63,688 nt of DNA from NCBI GenBank assembly GCA_964440985.1, contig CAYTWE010000007.1, positions 1 to 63,688 of the forward strand, read 5' to 3'. Made by a program: the position numbers and the translations under genes. Each line of letters opens with the position of its first letter. Position 1 is the first letter of the stretch. Shown here piece by piece: positions 17,344 to 26,995 of the stretch. Under the pieces are notes generated by a model. It did no database searches and was not told the DNA's origin. It saw nothing but the letters and a program-made list of their open reading frames with translations. This DNA is from an uncultured Lentisphaeraceae bacterium (lineage in GTDB: Bacteria > Verrucomicrobiota > Kiritimatiellia > RFP12 > UBA1067).

Positions 17344-19407
17344 CTACCGTCTCCACGTCGTTTTCCAGTTCCGCTCCTGCCGGCCTCGCGACGATCCGCC
17401 GCCCGCGCCGCCGAAACGGTCGCCATATCCGCAACCGTCGTACCTGCGAGGACGTTCATACGCAGGCGTCACCGACCGCACCTCGTGTTCGTTGTACAGT
17501 TCCGGCGGAATCTCGCGCACAAAACGAGACTCCTCCATAGGCTGCATCCCGCCGTCAGGACGCTTCATCGAACGCGGAACGCACAGGTACAGGCGGTCTT
17601 TAGCCCGCGTCACCGCCACGTAGAAAAGACGGCGCTCCTCATCGATGTTTCCGTCATCCAAGCTCTTTGAGGACGGAAACACGGTGTCCACGAGCCACGG
17701 AAGGATCACCACCGGCCATTCCATCCCCTTCGCCTGGTGAACAGTGCTGAGCTGCATATGGTCATCGCCGACAGACGACCTGTTCTGGGCATCGAGGTTC
17801 GTCATCAGGGCAACCTCTTCGAGGAAGCCGCGCAGCCCCGTCCTGAACGACGCGATCTGCGACTGCAGTTCCGCAAGATCGTCGAGCCTGCCGGCGGCGT
17901 CCTCCTCCTCGAACTGGCGGCGCAGATGGTCGCCGTAGAAGAAGCGAACGTAGTCCTCGATCAGCTTTCCGCCGTCACCGGCATCGATATGTCCGCGTGC
18001 GGCGGCAAACGCCTTCTGCATCCCCTCCCATCCGGCTTTCGCCTTCGGCGTGAGCATGGAGTCGAGCGACATGCGATCCATTCCGCTGCCGGGATCGAAG
18101 CTGCGGCCGAGCTTCGTCCAGTAACGCCGCAAGGAGGCGTCGCCAACGCCAGGCAGCTGTCCGAACAGGCGAAAGAAGCTCATCTCGTCAGCGGGGTTGA
18201 ACATGAGCCGGAGGAATGACAGCACATCCTTCACGTGGAGCTGCTCAAACACGCCTACGCCGCTCGTGATGCGAAACGGCATCCGCGCCCTTGTGAGGGA
18301 AAGCTGTATGTCTATCGACGTGTAGTGCGAACGGTACAGCACCGCGATGTCCTTGTACCTGAACCCCTGTCCGCGCAGATGCTCGACAAGCTTCAGCATC
18401 AGTTCCGCCTGTGCGCGGCCGTCCCACATCCTGTACATCTGCGGTGACAGCCCCTGCTCCCGGCGGAACGGGCGAAGCGTCTTCTCGAACTGATGGGACA
18501 CGTCCTTCATCACCGTATTCGCGACGTCGAGGATCGGCGAGAGCGAACGGTAGTTGCGCTCAAGCTTGATGATCCTGCATCCGTCCCACCGGTTCGGGAA
18601 CTCCATGATGTTCTCGAACTGCGCCCCGCGCCACGTATATATGCACTGGAAGTCGTCGCCGACAACCATGAGGTTGCGGTGCTTCGCCGCCAGAATGTCG
18701 GTGAATTGCGCCTGCACCGAATTGGTGTCCTGGTATTCGTCGACAAGGACGTGGAGAAACCGCTCCTGCAATTCGTTGCGCACACCCTCAACGTCCCGCA
18801 CGAGCTTGAGTCCATTCACGATAAGGTCGTCAAAATCCATCGCGCCAAGCTCTTTCTTCAGCGTGGCGTACCTCGCACCGCACTCAATCACCTTTTCGAC
18901 GTCGAGCGCAATCTTCGTCTGCTGGATCTTGACAAGATCCTCGAAGTTCAGCTCGCGGTTCGCCGCATCGGATATCAGCTTGAGTATGAATTCCTTTTTG
19001 ACGAAATCCTTTGCATCCTTTCCCGCGACCTCCTTGACGATTCTTCCCATGGCCTTCTTCTGGTCTTCTTCATCAAGGATGGTGAAGTCGGGCCTGTATC
19101 CCAGAAAGCTCCCGTACCTGCGCAGGAGCTTTGCGCAGATGGAATGGAACGTTCCGGACCATATGCCGTCCACACCTGAACCTATCAGCCCTTCGGCGCG
19201 CTCCGTCATCTCGCGTGCGGCACGGTTCGTGAACGTAAGCAGGAGGATGCGCGACGCCGGCACTCCGTTCCCTATCAGATACGCAACGCGATGGACAAGT
19301 GTGCGCGTCTTGCCGGTGCCCGCCGCCGCCAGCACAAGGATCGGGCCTCCATCCGCCGTCGCCGCCGCGCACTGCTCGGCGTTCAGCTCTTTCTCAAAGT
19401 CTATCAT
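17344..19407 (-). CDS. UvrD/PcrA/Rep-family ATP-dependent helicase
   Basis: AAAGTGKT, LLTFTNRAA, VDEYQDTN, NYRS, STVHQAKGMEW and EERRLFYVAVTRAK motifs. Confidence 0.95.
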   Translation of the reverse strand: MIDFEKELNAEQCAAATADGGPILVLAAAGTGKTRTLVHRVAYLIGNGVPASRILLLTFTNRAAREMTERAEGLIGSGVDGIWSGTFHSICAKLLRRYGSFLGYRPDFTILDEEDQKKAMGRIVKEVAGKDAKDFVKKEFILKLISDAANRELNFEDLVKIQQTKIALDVEKVIECGARYATLKKELGAMDFDDLIVNGLKLVRDVEGVRNELQERFLHVLVDEYQDTNSVQAQFTDILAAKHRNLMVVGDDFQCIYTWRGAQFENIMEFPNRWDGCRIIKLERNYRSLSPILDVANTVMKDVSHQFEKTLRPFRREQGLSPQMYRMWDGRAQAELMLKLVEHLRGQGFRYKDIAVLYRSHYTSIDIQLSLTRARMPFRITSGVGVFEQLHVKDVLSFLRLMFNPADEMSFFRLFGQLPGVGDASLRRYWTKLGRSFDPGSGMDRMSLDSMLTPKAKAGWEGMQKAFAAARGHIDAGDGGKLIEDYVRFFYGDHLRRQFEEEDAAGRLDDLAELQSQIASFRTGLRGFLEEVALMTNLDAQNRSSVGDDHMQLSTVHQAKGMEWPVVILPWLVDTVFPSSKSLDDGNIDEERRLFYVAVTRAKDRLYLCVPRSMKRPDGGMQPMEESRFVREIPPELYNEHEVRSVTPAYERPRRYDGCGYGDRFGGAGGGSSRGRQERNWKTTWRR

Positions 19408-19689
19408 TGCGGAGATTATACCAAAACTCCCCCGGTCGGACGTCCGAAACCGACACAAATGGTAATATCTCTTGGGTCAGCAAAAAAGCAAGGACAGCCA
19501 TGGGGATCGACGAAGAGGAAAGCCGGGCCACACCACCATGAGGGTGGCCACCGCGGCAGGACGAAAAAGCGCATATAGAAAGAGTCAAGTGGAAGATGAA
19601 CTCATCCAAAGTGTCTTTAGACATTCTTCGAAGCAGATAACGGCACAAACACAAAAGCAGGAAAACCGTTATCTTGCACACATTTGGAA

Positions 19690-19765
<76 letters not shown>

Positions 19766-19783
19766 AAAAACAAAACGGCGCGT

Positions 19784-19812
19784 ATGATATCAAAAGACCG
19801 TTTACAATGCAA
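19784..19812 (-). promoter_or_regulatory. Sigma70 promoter of tRNA-Ala
   Basis: TTGCAT-17 nt-TATCAT with extended TG. Confidence 0.75.
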
Positions 19813-19993
19813 GCGCATTTTTTACTGTGTCGATGAAACAACAAATGGCGGGCTCTATTTGACGAAGCCAACTCAAATTATGATATAATCCCACCATTTA
19901 GCATATGACGGCGCAGGTCGGGCAAGGCAGCAGAAGGCAAGACAACAGTACGATGCACTACGCAGAAAACATGGATGCAGACAGAAGAACGGC

Positions 19994-20854
19994 ATGAAAA
20001 GATCGATTTTTACATTGGCCGGCCTTCTTGCCGTCTCCGCCCTCGCAACTGATGCATCGCATGATGAAATACCTGCGCCAGACTCCGGATTGATGCAGGG
20101 AATAGACCTTTCATTCTGGGCGTACCCAGAATTTGCGTCCGGACATTCAAGCATGGGATGCATAAAGGTCGTCTATCCGGTGTTCAACCTCGATACAGGA
20201 ACGGCCATCAAGCTGAAAGGCGGCGAATTCGGACGCCTTCTGTTCGGCGTATGGTCGCAATCCGACGTGAGCAGCCACTACCACGATCGCCGCCGCTACG
20301 CATTCCAAGAGATCGACCCCATAATCGCGTACGCCTACACGCTGCACTTCCGTGACGGCTGGAATCTCGATTCACAGCTCGGTGCACAATGGAACTTCAT
20401 GGACGGCTACTACGGCGACGGACGGCACTCATACGATGAATGGCAGTTCTGGGAACGGTTGAACATGCCATGGTGTACGGTATACACCGGCATGAGGAAC
20501 TTCTACCTGCCGGTGTGCAAGTCGTTTTTCCGCGTAGGCGTCACCCGGTCGTTCCCGATAGTCGGCAACCTGTCGATTCGCCCGAACGTCTGGCTCGATG
20601 GCGGAAGCGAACGATGGAACCAGCAGCGCGTCGGCTACGGAGAATACCGGAAGAAAATCGGCAGAGGGCTGAACGCCGTGCTGATCCAGCTATACCTCGA
20701 CTACCGAATCAGCGAATGGCTGAGCCTCTACGGCGGTGTCACCCAGCATTGCGCCGTCGGCAATGAAATACGGAACAGCCTCGGCGCAAATCCATCCCGC
20801 GAATCAAAGAAGGATTTCCTGATAGTCACGATGGGCGCGAAGCTGGACTTCTGA
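19994..20854 (+). CDS. Putative outer-membrane beta-barrel protein
   Basis: Signal peptide, aromatic-rich alternating strands, QEID motif, C-terminal Phe (GAKLDF). Confidence 0.65.
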   Translation: MKRSIFTLAGLLAVSALATDASHDEIPAPDSGLMQGIDLSFWAYPEFASGHSSMGCIKVVYPVFNLDTGTAIKLKGGEFGRLLFGVWSQSDVSSHYHDRRRYAFQEIDPIIAYAYTLHFRDGWNLDSQLGAQWNFMDGYYGDGRHSYDEWQFWERLNMPWCTVYTGMRNFYLPVCKSFFRVGVTRSFPIVGNLSIRPNVWLDGGSERWNQQRVGYGEYRKKIGRGLNAVLIQLYLDYRISEWLSLYGGVTQHCAVGNEIRNSLGANPSRESKKDFLIVTMGAKLDF

Positions 20855-23702
20855 CAGCTCCAAAAAAGTCATAGAACTGATACCACTGCTCCGGATGCGC
20901 AATCGTCTCCGCCTCAAGAAACTTTACGTAGTTTTCGAATATCGCACCAGAGCAGCGACGGCGCGACACCGGCCGCTCCCCTTCTCCGTTCATCAAATCA
21001 GCCATGTGGACATCATACCGGTTCCATCCAGTCCGCACACACACGACCGCAAACACAGGAGCCTCCATTAGCTCCGCAAAACGGAATACGCCCTTCGGCC
21101 ATACGCAGTCGACTCCTAAAAACCTGTGGTGCAGCACACTCCCCGATCCGGCGCTCGTCCTGTCGCCCGCCATTATGACAATCTCTCCGCGTCCAATCGC
21201 CTCCTGCATCGACACCGCAGTCTCCACGCCTATATCCTCCACCGCGTGAAACTCGAACCTTGTGCCGTCGAAATGTCTCATGAACACCTTCATGAAGATG
21301 GCATCGTGCCCCATCTGCTGAAAGGCGTGGACTTTGGGAAATACGGACGCAACGCCTTTGCGCCTCAACGTCTCCGGCAGGGCCGGAAGCACCCCTACCG
21401 TCCCGACATGGGAGCACATCAGAAACACGCCCTTCCCGGAATCCACAAGAGCCTTGAATCTCCGCCAGCCGTCATCGTCCCTGACGGACATCTCCGGCAG
21501 GTTTTTTCTGAGCGTACAGGCGTCCGTCTTGTCCATCAGCCCCCACGCGAAACCGAGAATGTGCCTGAACAACCGCCATGCCGTCGGCCGCATCTCCATC
21601 CCGGAATGATCCGAGAGCGTACAGTAGAACGCGGCAAGAGCCGTCCGCGCAGGAACGGAGAAAAGATATATGAACGGCATCGCGAAAAGAAATATGAGAC
21701 GCTGGAACGTTTTGCCGAACATGGCGTACGACATCCACATGAACTGCATCCAGAACCGCGATGCGCACTGTTCACGCTGTTCATGCCACTGCTGCGGAGA
21801 GTCCGCCACGCGGCGCCGCCCACCGCCGGCAGACACTTGACCTGCGTCAATGCGAAAAGCCTCCCTTGAGAATCCGCAGCACATCTTGGCGGAGAAATAC
21901 GACACCGCAAGTCCGAAGGCAAGCGCAATGCCCATGGAGCGCGTCACCGCAAAATCGGTGAAACCGAGCAGCCCGAATCCGACGAAACTGGTGAGGAACG
22001 AATAAAGCACAGCTCTCCCCGCAGGCCCTGATGCACCATGCCATCTGAACACGGAATAGTCAAGCCCAAGACCGACGAAAAGGAAAAAGCATATCTTGGT
22101 GAAGAAGTTCATCGTCTCGCCCATGCACACGAGCAGACCGTACGTCGCGGAATATGCAACTGCGACAGGGATGATGAAATCGAGACATTCACGGCGAAAC
22201 AGAAACACGAGCGCAAAAGCCAAAACCGCAAGCGCCGCCAACAGCAGACGGTCAGTCTCACGAAGCCATCCGGCGAACAGCCCCTCTATCGCACCCTTCG
22301 GATCGAACACCTGACAGGATTCGTCTATGGCGAACGCAGCGGCCGGCAACCCGGTCATGCTTCGGTATCTGTCGCTCTCCACCGCATACAGCGCCGCCAC
22401 CAGCCGGATGTTGCGCCTCTGTTCGTCGGCGGACGGAATCAACGATCCGCCTGACATCTCTGCGGAGAGCCGCTCACCCTCCGCCAAATAAGGATCCGGG
22501 CGGTAGAATCTCGATATGTCAACAGCATCCCGTCTCTCAAACACACCGCACCTCACCCCCAACGTCCCCGCCAACGGCGGAAGAACCGCAACAGCAGCAA
22601 CAGCGGCGAACCGAAGCCATGGGCGGATGGCGATGCTTTTGGCGGAAGCATCCTCGTTTCCGGAAACTTCGCCGCCGCATCCGCCAACCACACCGCCATC
22701 TGCCCGCAGAAAGAGCATCACCGCCGCATATACAGTGGCAAGCCCCGTGACAGTGAAGAGCGCCATCTGGTTCATCACGCCGACATCCGAGATCATCAAC
22801 GGCAGGAAACACGCCGCAGTACTCAGGAACGACAATGTGAGCGGCCTTGAAATCGGACGTTTCGCCGCCAGCGAATGGTACACGTAATCGACGCTCAGCC
22901 CTATCAACGACGTCCCGAACACGAAAGTCACGAGATGCGGCTTCCCGAACACGGCGAAAAGAGCGGCGGAAGCGACGCAGAATGCAGCCGACTGCACGGC
23001 TATCAGCAGAGGCACGAACCTGAATGACCGGACAAGCAGCCAACCAAACAGAACAACAAACGCAAGCGACACCGCCGAGAGGATGTTCACTTCTCCCTTG
23101 GAGCGCTCCGAGGCGACCGCCGCATGGAACGGCGCCCCGGCACATCGTACATCATCAGCGCCCCGGACAGCCGCAAGCGCGGCAGACGCCTGGTCGGGCG
23201 AAAGATGCACATTGACCGCCACCCACTCGCCTTTCGGTGCGGCAGCGTCCAACGCCCAGTCGGTGAAAAGCAGAAACGGATCCACATCTACCGGAAGAGC
23301 CGGAGGCATCGGAGAGTAGAGCCGCGCCACGGCGGCATCCCGTACCGCCGCATACTCGCCCGCCTCAAGCAGCCTGCGCGTCGAGGGCGACAGAAAACCG
23401 CGCGCATACGGGGCGACAACCTTGAGCGCCGCGGACATCTCCCGCGACGACATCAGCGACACCGGCACTCCAAGCGCTTCAAGACGGGACTTGGCAGTCT
23501 CCTCCGATTCCGCCTTCACAAGGAAACGCGCCGATGTGGACATCGCGGAAGCGGCATCCTTCAGTCCGCCGCCGGCATCCCCCGCAAGCGCGAGCAGATC
23601 GGTCTCCACGCCGTTGCGAACCGTGAAGAAAAGGCTTCCTCCCGCCGATGCGACGAGCGCAAGCAGCGCAACACGAAGCGCACGCTGGATTCCGACGCTC
23701 AC
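20826..23702 (-). CDS. Fusion of an MMPL/RND-like exporter and an LpxL-family acyltransferase
   Basis: N-terminal part: VETDLLAL, DPFLLF, FGTSLIGLSVDY, GLGLDYS and many TM segments. C-terminal part: WHEQRE, SHVG, MAGDR, FLG...PKG.F, HPEQWYQFYDFF. Confidence 0.75.
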   Translation of the reverse strand: MSVGIQRALRVALLALVASAGGSLFFTVRNGVETDLLALAGDAGGGLKDAASAMSTSARFLVKAESEETAKSRLEALGVPVSLMSSREMSAALKVVAPYARGFLSPSTRRLLEAGEYAAVRDAAVARLYSPMPPALPVDVDPFLLFTDWALDAAAPKGEWVAVNVHLSPDQASAALAAVRGADDVRCAGAPFHAAVASERSKGEVNILSAVSLAFVVLFGWLLVRSFRFVPLLIAVQSAAFCVASAALFAVFGKPHLVTFVFGTSLIGLSVDYVYHSLAAKRPISRPLTLSFLSTAACFLPLMISDVGVMNQMALFTVTGLATVYAAVMLFLRADGGVVGGCGGEVSGNEDASAKSIAIRPWLRFAAVAAVAVLPPLAGTLGVRCGVFERRDAVDISRFYRPDPYLAEGERLSAEMSGGSLIPSADEQRRNIRLVAALYAVESDRYRSMTGLPAAAFAIDESCQVFDPKGAIEGLFAGWLRETDRLLLAALAVLAFALVFLFRRECLDFIIPVAVAYSATYGLLVCMGETMNFFTKICFFLFVGLGLDYSVFRWHGASGPAGRAVLYSFLTSFVGFGLLGFTDFAVTRSMGIALAFGLAVSYFSAKMCCGFSREAFRIDAGQVSAGGGRRRVADSPQQWHEQREQCASRFWMQFMWMSYAMFGKTFQRLIFLFAMPFIYLFSVPARTALAAFYCTLSDHSGMEMRPTAWRLFRHILGFAWGLMDKTDACTLRKNLPEMSVRDDDGWRRFKALVDSGKGVFLMCSHVGTVGVLPALPETLRRKGVASVFPKVHAFQQMGHDAIFMKVFMRHFDGTRFEFHAVEDIGVETAVSMQEAIGRGEIVIMAGDRTSAGSGSVLHHRFLGVDCVWPKGVFRFAELMEAPVFAVVCVRTGWNRYDVHMADLMNGEGERPVSRRRCSGAIFENYVKFLEAETIAHPEQWYQFYDFFGAVRSPASRPS

Positions 23703-24145
23703 CGCTTAAGCGATATCTCCAGTCTGTCGCCGTTCCTGAAAAACACAGTCAGGGACGACGGAATCACAATGCCGCCGGAGGAATATGCCGGATCTGCATC
23801 CGACGTCTCCACCCTCTCCACAAAATCGCGCATCTCCTTTATCTCGAATATCTGGGAGACGTTCTCTATCTTCATCTTCAGCGAACGCACTGCAGTCCTT
23901 CCGCCTGCCGTAAACGAGTAGTTCGTCGGCGTGGCCGTGAAGACGGACGGCATGGGCTTGAGCGTGTTCCATACGAACCGCCTGTCCTTCTCGAACGACC
24001 AGGTGCCGGAACTCGTCAGCGTAACGTCAACGTCCTTCAGCACCTTCCTCTGCACGAACGTACCGGAAGCGGAGACGGCGTCTGAGCCGTATCCGCAGCA
24101 GACAATGCAGCACACCGCGCTGCACAGAACCGCGACTCTGTTCAT
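23699..24145 (-). CDS. LolA-like outer-membrane lipoprotein carrier
   Basis: Signal peptide; GTFVQRKVLK...LTSSG.W.F...WNTLKP and NGDRLEI. ATG overlaps the DMT stop. Confidence 0.7.
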   Translation of the reverse strand: MNRVAVLCSAVCCIVCCGYGSDAVSASGTFVQRKVLKDVDVTLTSSGTWSFEKDRRFVWNTLKPMPSVFTATPTNYSFTAGGRTAVRSLKMKIENVSQIFEIKEMRDFVERVETSDADPAYSSGGIVIPSSLTVFFRNGDRLEISLKR

Positions 24146-25056
24146 TTGTCCCAACTCCTCTTTCCTCTGCGTCCTCTGTGCAGCACAACGGCCATTCCGA
24201 TGATTGCCACGAACCCGATGAAGCTCAACACGTCCGGCACCTGTCCAAACACCATGAAACCGAGGGCCGCCGCGAATATTATGCCGGAGTAGTCGTAGAC
24301 GGCGATCTGCCGAGGCTCCGCAGACCTGTACGCCCATGTTATGCCGAACTGTCCGATCGCCGCGCCTGACCCCGCGCCGAGCAAGGCTGCGAACTGCAGC
24401 GGCGTCATTGGATGGTAGTCGCACACGATGAAGGGAATGCACGCCGCGCAGGAAAACACGGAGAAGAACAGTATTATGAACGCGCTGTCTATTCCGGCCT
24501 TTCCGAGCTTGTGCAGCAGGGCGTAAGCCGCGCCAGCGCAGAATCCGCCCATAAGCCCCACAAGCGCGGGAATCGAGAACGTTCCGCCAAGGCCGGGCTT
24601 CACGACAAGCATCGCACCACCAAACGCCCCCACTACGCACAGCGACTGGCGAAGCGTCATGTGCTCTCCGAGAAGCAGCCAGCTGAGAAGCAGCGTAAAG
24701 AACGGCGCCGTCTTGTTGAGAGCCATCGCATCGCCGACAGGTATGTGGGAAATCGCGTAGAAGTTGGCGAAGATGCCGCAGGTGCCGGCGAACGCACGGA
24801 GAAAAAGCTCAGACCATTCACGCACGCCGAAAGGCATCCTGCGATACGGTCGCGTCGCCGGGGTGCGTCCAAAAAACGCCCATGCCGCTATGACAGCCGC
24901 CACGAGATTCCGGAAGAACGCCTTCTGGACTGCGGGCAGCGGAGCGCCGCCGCAGCCATCCGCGAGACGCACAAACATCGTCATCAGCGCAAATCCGAAA
25001 GCGCTCAGCAGGATGCAGGCTATCCCTCTGCGGAGTGAACTTGAGCTGTTCGGCAT
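24142..25056 (-). CDS. DMT/EamA family transporter
   Basis: About 10 TM segments; QKAFFRN, LNKTAPFF and GQFGITWAY motifs. Confidence 0.9.
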   Translation of the reverse strand: MPNSSSSLRRGIACILLSAFGFALMTMFVRLADGCGGAPLPAVQKAFFRNLVAAVIAAWAFFGRTPATRPYRRMPFGVREWSELFLRAFAGTCGIFANFYAISHIPVGDAMALNKTAPFFTLLLSWLLLGEHMTLRQSLCVVGAFGGAMLVVKPGLGGTFSIPALVGLMGGFCAGAAYALLHKLGKAGIDSAFIILFFSVFSCAACIPFIVCDYHPMTPLQFAALLGAGSGAAIGQFGITWAYRSAEPRQIAVYDYSGIIFAAALGFMVFGQVPDVLSFIGFVAIIGMAVVLHRGRRGKRSWDK

Positions 25057-25067
25057 CGACGCTCCGA

Positions 25068-26885
25068 TCAGGATTCCTTTACCGTACCCTTCAGCACGGC
25101 GATGAACGCGCTCTGCGGAACGTTCACGTGGCCGAACTCCTTCATCCGGGCCTTGCCGCGCTTCTGCTTCTCAAGCACCTTCATCTTTCGAGTGACATCG
25201 CCGCCGTACAGCTTCGCCAGCACGTCCTTGCGGAACGGCCGTATGTCCTCGCGGGCGATGATCTCCTTCCCGATCGCCGCCTGCACGGGAATCTTGAACT
25301 GATGCGGAGGAATGGTGTCGGCAAGAGCCTTGCACATCTGAATCCCGCGGGCGCGGGCCTTGCTCCGATGCACCATCGTGGCGAACGCATCGACCGTCTC
25401 TCCGTTCAGCAGGATGTCCATCTTCACGATGTCGCTCTCCTGATATCCGGACGGCTCGTAGTCCATGGACGCATAGCCATGCGACACGCTTTTGAGCGTA
25501 TCGTGGAAATCGATGAGTATCTCGTTCAGCGGCAGCATGCAGTGAAGCATCACGCGCTTGGCATCCATCGTCTCGGTGCCCTCAACCATCCCACGGCGAT
25601 CCATGACGATGCGCATCACATCTCCAATCGATTCCGACGGAGTGATTATGCGGGCCTTGAGGATCGGCTCGGATATCGTGTCGTACGCGCTTGGGTCAGG
25701 CATCTGAAGCGGATTGTCCAGATCCTTGACCGTCCCGTCGCGCAACTTCAGCTTGTAGACCACACCGGGGCTTGTCGAGATTATGTCCAGCCCAAATTCG
25801 CGGCGAAGCCGCTCCTGAACAATCTCCATGTGCAGCAGACCGAGGAATCCGCAACGGAAGCCGAATCCAAGCGCCAGGGACGATTCATGGTGGAACGTGA
25901 ACGCCGAATCGTTCAGGTGAAGCTTCTCCAGCCCCTGCGAAACCTTCGGGAACTCATCGGTCGACATCGGATATATCCCGCAGAAGACCGTCGGATGGAT
26001 GTCGTGGAATCCGGGCAGCGGCTCGTCCGAACCAAGGCGGGACGTCGTAACCGTGTCGCCGATCTTGATTTCGCTCGGATCCTTCACCGTACCGACAAGA
26101 TATCCGACCTGTCCGGCGGAGAGCTGCGACACCGGCTTCTTCGTAGGCGAAAATATCCCCGTCTCATGGATCGTCGTCGTCACGCCTGACGCCATGAACG
26201 TGACGTTCTGTCCAGCCTTGACGGTTCCGTCCACAACGCGAACGTACGTGATCACGCCACGGAACTCGTCGAACACCGAATCGAACACGAGCGCCCGCAG
26301 AGGCGCATCTGCACCATTCGTGACCGGCGGCGGAATGCGCTTGACGATTGCTTCCAGCACATCCGGGCATCCAACTCCGGTCTTTGCGGAGACAAGAAGC
26401 GGATCGTCCATCGGTATCGCAAGTATATCCTCTATCTCACGGCTGACTTCCGGGACGTTTGCGCCAGGAAGATCGACCTTGTTGAGCACCGGCACGATCT
26501 CAAGCTTGGCGTCCTGGGCGAAGTACGTATTTGCGACCGTCTGGGCCTCCACGCCCTGCGCCGCATCCACGACAAGCAATGCCCCTTCGCAGGCACCCAT
26601 TGAGCGGGAGACCTCGTACGCGAAATCGACGTGTCCAGGCGTGTCGAGAAGGTTGAAGAGGTAAGTCTTGCCGTCCTTTGCCGTGTACTCCATCGACACC
26701 GGATGGCTTTTTATGGTTATTCCGCGCTCTCGCTCAAGATCCATTGCGTCGAGCGTCTGCTCCTTGAGTTCACGTGCACTGACGGCATGAGTCAGTTCAA
26801 GGATGCGGTCGGAAAGCGTCGTCTTCCCATGATCCACATGGGCTATGATGCAGAAGTTGCGTATGTTGTCGAGTGTCTGTGCCAT
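25068..26885 (-). CDS. lepA: Elongation factor 4 (LepA)
   Basis: IAHVDHGKTT, ERERGITIK, LGFGFRCGFLGLLHMEI and YGGDVTRK motifs. Confidence 0.98.
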   Translation of the reverse strand: MAQTLDNIRNFCIIAHVDHGKTTLSDRILELTHAVSARELKEQTLDAMDLERERGITIKSHPVSMEYTAKDGKTYLFNLLDTPGHVDFAYEVSRSMGACEGALLVVDAAQGVEAQTVANTYFAQDAKLEIVPVLNKVDLPGANVPEVSREIEDILAIPMDDPLLVSAKTGVGCPDVLEAIVKRIPPPVTNGADAPLRALVFDSVFDEFRGVITYVRVVDGTVKAGQNVTFMASGVTTTIHETGIFSPTKKPVSQLSAGQVGYLVGTVKDPSEIKIGDTVTTSRLGSDEPLPGFHDIHPTVFCGIYPMSTDEFPKVSQGLEKLHLNDSAFTFHHESSLALGFGFRCGFLGLLHMEIVQERLRREFGLDIISTSPGVVYKLKLRDGTVKDLDNPLQMPDPSAYDTISEPILKARIITPSESIGDVMRIVMDRRGMVEGTETMDAKRVMLHCMLPLNEILIDFHDTLKSVSHGYASMDYEPSGYQESDIVKMDILLNGETVDAFATMVHRSKARARGIQMCKALADTIPPHQFKIPVQAAIGKEIIAREDIRPFRKDVLAKLYGGDVTRKMKVLEKQKRGKARMKEFGHVNVPQSAFIAVLKGTVKES

Positions 26886-26902
26886 TGGGTGCGCATTATA
26901 GC

Positions 26903-26945
26903 AAAAAACACGCCTGCCATTCCGTTGGGGACATGGCAGGCGTGT
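26903..26945 (-). terminator. Intrinsic terminator after the esterase gene, abutting the lepA -10
   Basis: 13-bp stem acacgcctgccat/atggcaggcgtgt plus a U6 tract. A second hairpin lies at 26947-26980. Confidence 0.75.
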
Positions 26946-26995
26946 GTCCGTGATTTCTTCCGTGAGCCAGAAATCACGGATAGATGCGCCAAACG

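Noticed and set aside
19513-19560. GAGGAAAGCCGGGC, resembling the RNase P RNA 5' conserved motif
   Set aside because: Lacks GAGGAAAGUCC exactly, the downstream conserved regions and the 3' P4 strand; the space is also too short.
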